From an uncultured Azospirillum sp. (lineage in GTDB: Bacteria; Pseudomonadota; Alphaproteobacteria; RF32; CAG-239), in NCBI GenBank assembly GCA_947301965.1, contig CAMYUM010000004.1:26149-90148 (forward strand): 64,000 nt of DNA, in the 5' to 3' direction. The translations under genes were made by a program, and so were the position numbers. Shown here piece after piece: positions 60,965 through 64,000 of this stretch (its first letter is position 1; the number at the start of each line of letters is the position of its first letter). The notes below the pieces were generated by a model. That model had not been told where the DNA came from, searched no databases, and saw nothing but the letters and a program-made list of their open reading frames with translations.

Positions 60965-62669
60965 CGGCTACAAAATCAAATATAGCGAACAAGAACTTGC
61001 CGATATGATGGATAACAAAACCATCAATATTGACTTGGCCGGACCTGATCTTCCGTCATACCAAGAACTTTCTGAAGGTAACCGCAAGGCTCTTGAGCAC
61101 TTGCTTATTGCAGCCAAGATGATGAACAATGTTGCCTTGGAGCAAGACAATCCCCATAATCTCGAAATGAAAAAGGCTTTGGAAAAAGAGGCCGCTCACA
61201 GTACTCATGCTGCCAGAGCCCTTGAATTGTTTAATTCCTTAAACGGTGTCGCCGGTTTTAACGGTGTTGACAAACAACCGATAGAAATCTTTGAAGGGCT
61301 TCCGTTACTCAAAGGGCACAATTTTTATCCGCAGGATCTTACCGAACAAGAGTTTCAAGATATATTGATTGATATGCTGACTTCCGGAAAAATTGATGAG
61401 GTCAAAAAGATTTTGAGCGCGCGCACTATGGTTCGCCGTAACGGTGCAGAATTAGAGGCAATCGACTATACCGAATATTTTGCTAAAGATTTTTCAGCCA
61501 TTGCCAATGAACTTGAAGTCGCCGCACATTATACGGATGATCACGCTTTTGAGGATTATCTCGGTTGGCAGGCGCAGGCGCTTTTGCAAAACAATCCTGA
61601 AATGGACAGCTTGGCCGACAAGCATTGGGCTGTTCTGCAGGACTGTCCGCTTGAGTTTACCATCAGTCGCGAAAACTACGATGACGAAATCACACCTTCA
61701 GTCTACAACAACAAAGAACTTACTTCTCTGCTTGAGCAACACAATATCGAAGCGGTTTCAAAAGATATGCTCGGTGTCAGAGTAGGGCTCAACAACTTTG
61801 AAGGTACGGAGCTCATTTTAAAGTTTAAGCAATATATTCCCGTCCTTGCCAAGATGATGCCCTATTATGATCAATATCATCAATCTATTCTTGACGGCGA
61901 AAAGCTCAAACAAACGATGATAGACGCGGATATTTTGGATCTTGAAGGTGATTATGCCCAATGCCGCGGTGGTATCACCACAGCGCAAAACCTGCCCAAC
62001 AACGACAAACTGTCGGTAAAAACCGGAGGTGGGCGACGTAATGTTTATCACCGCCAGGTTCGTATGAGCGGCGACAAAGAAAAACAGCAAAAAATTCTGC
62101 AAAGACTGGTTTCTCCCGAACTCCATGCTTATTATGACAAAGAGGCTGACCACATTTTTGTCATCGGGCACGAAAACGGTCATTCTTTAGGCCCGAACAG
62201 CGAATATCAAAACGCGCTCGGCAGTTATAAACACATCATTGAAGAACACAAAGCCGACACTATATCGCTGACTTTTATGCCGCAATACGTCAAAAACGGT
62301 GTTATTGATGCCGAAACTCTCAAAAAAGTCTATGTCAGCTACATTGTCGGACGTATGTTTTTAACTGCCCGCCCGCACCAAATGCTGCCTCACCGTATGG
62401 GAGAACTGATTCAGTTTAATTATCTTTTACAGCACGATGCCATCAGTTTCGACTCCAAAGGCTTATTGCACATTGACTTTGCTCGGCTTGATCCGGTTTT
62501 GCATAATCTTCTTGATGAGACGATTCGTATCCAATTATCAAAATCGCCGCATGCCGCCGAAGAATTTGTTAATAAATATACGGTTTGGACAGATGTTTCA
62601 GAGCGAATTGCTTCAATTCATCGTGAACTGGGATTGAAACCCTATAAAAGAATCATCCACCGCTTTTAA
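60954..62669 (+). CDS. M49 (DPP III)-like zinc metallopeptidase with pentapeptide HExxH
   Basis: HENGH zinc motif followed ~25 aa later by EEHKAD (EExxAE/D-type second motif). 571 aa, no signal peptide. Confidence 0.5.
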   Translation: MQINGYKIKYSEQELADMMDNKTINIDLAGPDLPSYQELSEGNRKALEHLLIAAKMMNNVALEQDNPHNLEMKKALEKEAAHSTHAARALELFNSLNGVAGFNGVDKQPIEIFEGLPLLKGHNFYPQDLTEQEFQDILIDMLTSGKIDEVKKILSARTMVRRNGAELEAIDYTEYFAKDFSAIANELEVAAHYTDDHAFEDYLGWQAQALLQNNPEMDSLADKHWAVLQDCPLEFTISRENYDDEITPSVYNNKELTSLLEQHNIEAVSKDMLGVRVGLNNFEGTELILKFKQYIPVLAKMMPYYDQYHQSILDGEKLKQTMIDADILDLEGDYAQCRGGITTAQNLPNNDKLSVKTGGGRRNVYHRQVRMSGDKEKQQKILQRLVSPELHAYYDKEADHIFVIGHENGHSLGPNSEYQNALGSYKHIIEEHKADTISLTFMPQYVKNGVIDAETLKKVYVSYIVGRMFLTARPHQMLPHRMGELIQFNYLLQHDAISFDSKGLLHIDFARLDPVLHNLLDETIRIQLSKSPHAAEEFVNKYTVWTDVSERIASIHRELGLKPYKRIIHRF

Positions 62670-62753
62670 CATAGGTAAAACTGGCAAAATTTGCTTGCAT
62701 GACAGGTGCATTTGACGCAATATATTTCCTATGGGTAAGAGGGGTTTTTCGTC

Positions 62754-63122
62754 ATGTTAAAAAAACTTATGAATGGTGAGTTGAGTCTGCGTGACACTTT
62801 TTGGATGTTCGGCTTTTTAGGACTTCCGGCGGTGACCATTATTGTGAGGGTACTCGGCATAATGTTGGCTCGCAAGCTTAATAACCATTCAATTTTGTCT
62901 TATTTCCTTTCGCTTGGTGTCGGAAGTGATTTTTCGACATCAATTTTGATTATATTTTACCTGTCGGCGCTGAGCTTTTTTATATTCTATGCTGTTACAC
63001 TGCTGTTGGGGACTTGGCGGAGCTCGGCAGAATATAATCGTAGCTTATGGTTCAGACATCTATCACGGATTTTTATGGTGCTTATGGTTTTTATGGCTTT
63101 CAAATATGTTTTCAAATTTTAG
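62754..63122 (+). CDS. Small multi-pass membrane protein, unknown function
   Basis: 122 aa with 3-4 hydrophobic helices. Confidence 0.5.
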   Translation: MLKKLMNGELSLRDTFWMFGFLGLPAVTIIVRVLGIMLARKLNNHSILSYFLSLGVGSDFSTSILIIFYLSALSFFIFYAVTLLLGTWRSSAEYNRSLWFRHLSRIFMVLMVFMAFKYVFKF

Positions 63123-63131
63123 GAATTGTCT

Positions 63132-63287
63132 ATGAAAAAACTTGTATTTTTAGTATCAATATTGCTCTTAGCTGGCTGTGTTGCCGGCGATTTTGGCGAG
63201 AAGCGCGAACGTCTTTATGATATAAACTCTGATAAAGAAATCTGCGCCAAACATCCCGAACGATGCACCAGCGGTGTCTCCTGGTAA
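63132..63287 (+). CDS. Small lipoprotein (51 aa), not in the ORF track
   Basis: My own translation gives MKKLVFLVSILLLAGCVAGDFGEKRERLYDINSDKEICAKHPERCTSGVSW. Lipobox LLAGC. Confidence 0.5.
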   Translation: MKKLVFLVSILLLAGCVAGDFGEKRERLYDINSDKEICAKHPERCTSGVSW

Positions 63288-63302
63288 TTTAGGCATAATT
63301 TT

Positions 63303-64000
63303 ATGATTGAACCGCAGTTTATCCATCTTCGCGTACACTCGGCGTACTCATTGCTTGAAGGAGCAATGAAGATGCCGGCGTTGACCAAAAAAATTGCGGA
63401 TATGGGTTTTCCCGCGGTTGCTGTTACTGATACAGCCACAATGTTTGGAGCCAAAGCTTTTTCCAAAATGGCGCCTGAAAACGGTGTTAAACCGATTCTC
63501 GGTACACAAATGTACCTTCGCAATCCCGATGCTGACGATGTTTTAAAATCCAAAGGACGGATTATCGAGCCGGATAAAATTGTTTTACTCATTCAAAACA
63601 AAACCGGTTATATGAACATCATTAAACTGATGAATAAATCTTATCTCGGAGGACTGACCGGCACTGCCGAAAAACCGCAGATAACCCTTCAAGATCTTGA
63701 AACTTATAACGAAGGATTGATTGTTTTAACCGCCGGAGCTGACGGGCAAATCGGTCGCTTAATTTTGGAAAACAGATTACAAGAGGCAGAGGAACTGGTT
63801 CTGAAACTGCAGAGCATTTTCGGCAATCGTCTTTATATGGAAATATCGCGCATTGGTCTTGAAAAAGAGGCCAAAACCGAACCCAAATTTTTAGAATTTG
63901 CCTACAAGCACAATATTCCTTTGGTGGCTACCAACGAGGCCCTCTTTTTTGATGCCGGTATGTACGAAGCACATGATGCTCTAGTTTGTATTGCCGCCGG
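63303..64000 (+). CDS. dnaE: DNA polymerase III alpha subunit, N-terminal PHP domain (partial, runs off the window)
   Basis: My own translation gives MIEPQFIHLRVHSAYSLLEGAMKMPALTKKIADMGFPAVAVTDTATMFGA...LYMEISR...NIPLVATNEALFF. The frame is open to the end of the window. It is absent from the track because it has no stop. Confidence 0.9.
   Translation, partial: MIEPQFIHLRVHSAYSLLEGAMKMPALTKKIADMGFPAVAVTDTATMFGAKAFSKMAPENGVKPILGTQMYLRNPDADDVLKSKGRIIEPDKIVLLIQNKTGYMNIIKLMNKSYLGGLTGTAEKPQITLQDLETYNEGLIVLTAGADGQIGRLILENRLQEAEELVLKLQSIFGNRLYMEISRIGLEKEAKTEPKFLEFAYKHNIPLVATNEALFFDAGMYEAHDALVCIAA

Noticed and set aside
62682-62694. TGGCA...TTGC sequence resembling a sigma-54 promoter upstream of 62754
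   Set aside because: The GG and GC dinucleotides are separated by 8 nt, not the 10 nt required by the -24/-12 consensus (TGGCAC-N5-TTGC).
63215-63592. 125-aa minus-strand ORF in the track
   Set aside because: It lies antisense to the clearly recognisable dnaE reading frame (63303 onward) and to the small lipoprotein gene. It has no motif or RBS, so I treat it as a shadow ORF.
1-64000. Search for prophage, IS, integron, conjugative, CRISPR-Cas and rRNA content
   Set aside because: I recognised no integrase, transposase, recombinase, capsid, terminase, relaxase or Cas protein signatures in any ORF. I also saw no rRNA-like conserved segments and no short regularly spaced repeats.

Overview
This is 64 kb of a moderately AT-rich Gram-negative chromosome. 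The gene content and a DnaE N-terminus of the FIHLRVHSAYSLLEGA type suggest an alphaproteobacterium-like lineage, but taxonomy is inference only. I saw no rRNA, CRISPR array, transposase or integrase, and one tRNA, tRNA-Gln(UUG). Housekeeping content: an Mla/Pqi-type lipid ABC system, HtpX, an Aas-like acyltransferase/acyl-ACP synthetase, a CDA-fold deaminase, a SemiSWEET, GlyRS (alpha2 type), SerS, HAD phosphatases, a MEMO-AMMECR1 fusion, an M49-like peptidase, and the 5' end of dnaE, which is absent from the ORF track. Accessory content is dense. It includes a 1286-aa Pmp-repeat autotransporter, an ECF sigma/Spy-like envelope-stress operon, and a translationally coupled LHH/HNH-type nuclease toxin with a SUKH-like immunity gene. 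There is also a compositionally foreign small membrane gene, an archaic chaperone-usher locus with three DUF4402-type pilin paralogs, and an MmeI-like single-chain Type IIL restriction-modification enzyme. Further items are a STAS plus Cache-HAMP-PP2C-HATPase partner-switching pair, a Liv-type ABC transporter carrying eight tandem lipoprotein substrate-binding paralogs, and a cysteine-rich repeat secreted protein. An orphan cluster encodes an aminotransferase and two ATP-grasp ligases, one fused to a P-loop kinase. My best candidate for an undescribed module is a ~1.9 kb AT-rich, integrase-less islet at the 3' end of tRNA-Gln. It is bounded by a degenerate duplicate of the tRNA 3' end and carries two orphan genes, each preceded by the same 21-bp motif. 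All functional calls rest on motif recognition by eye; no database search was possible.
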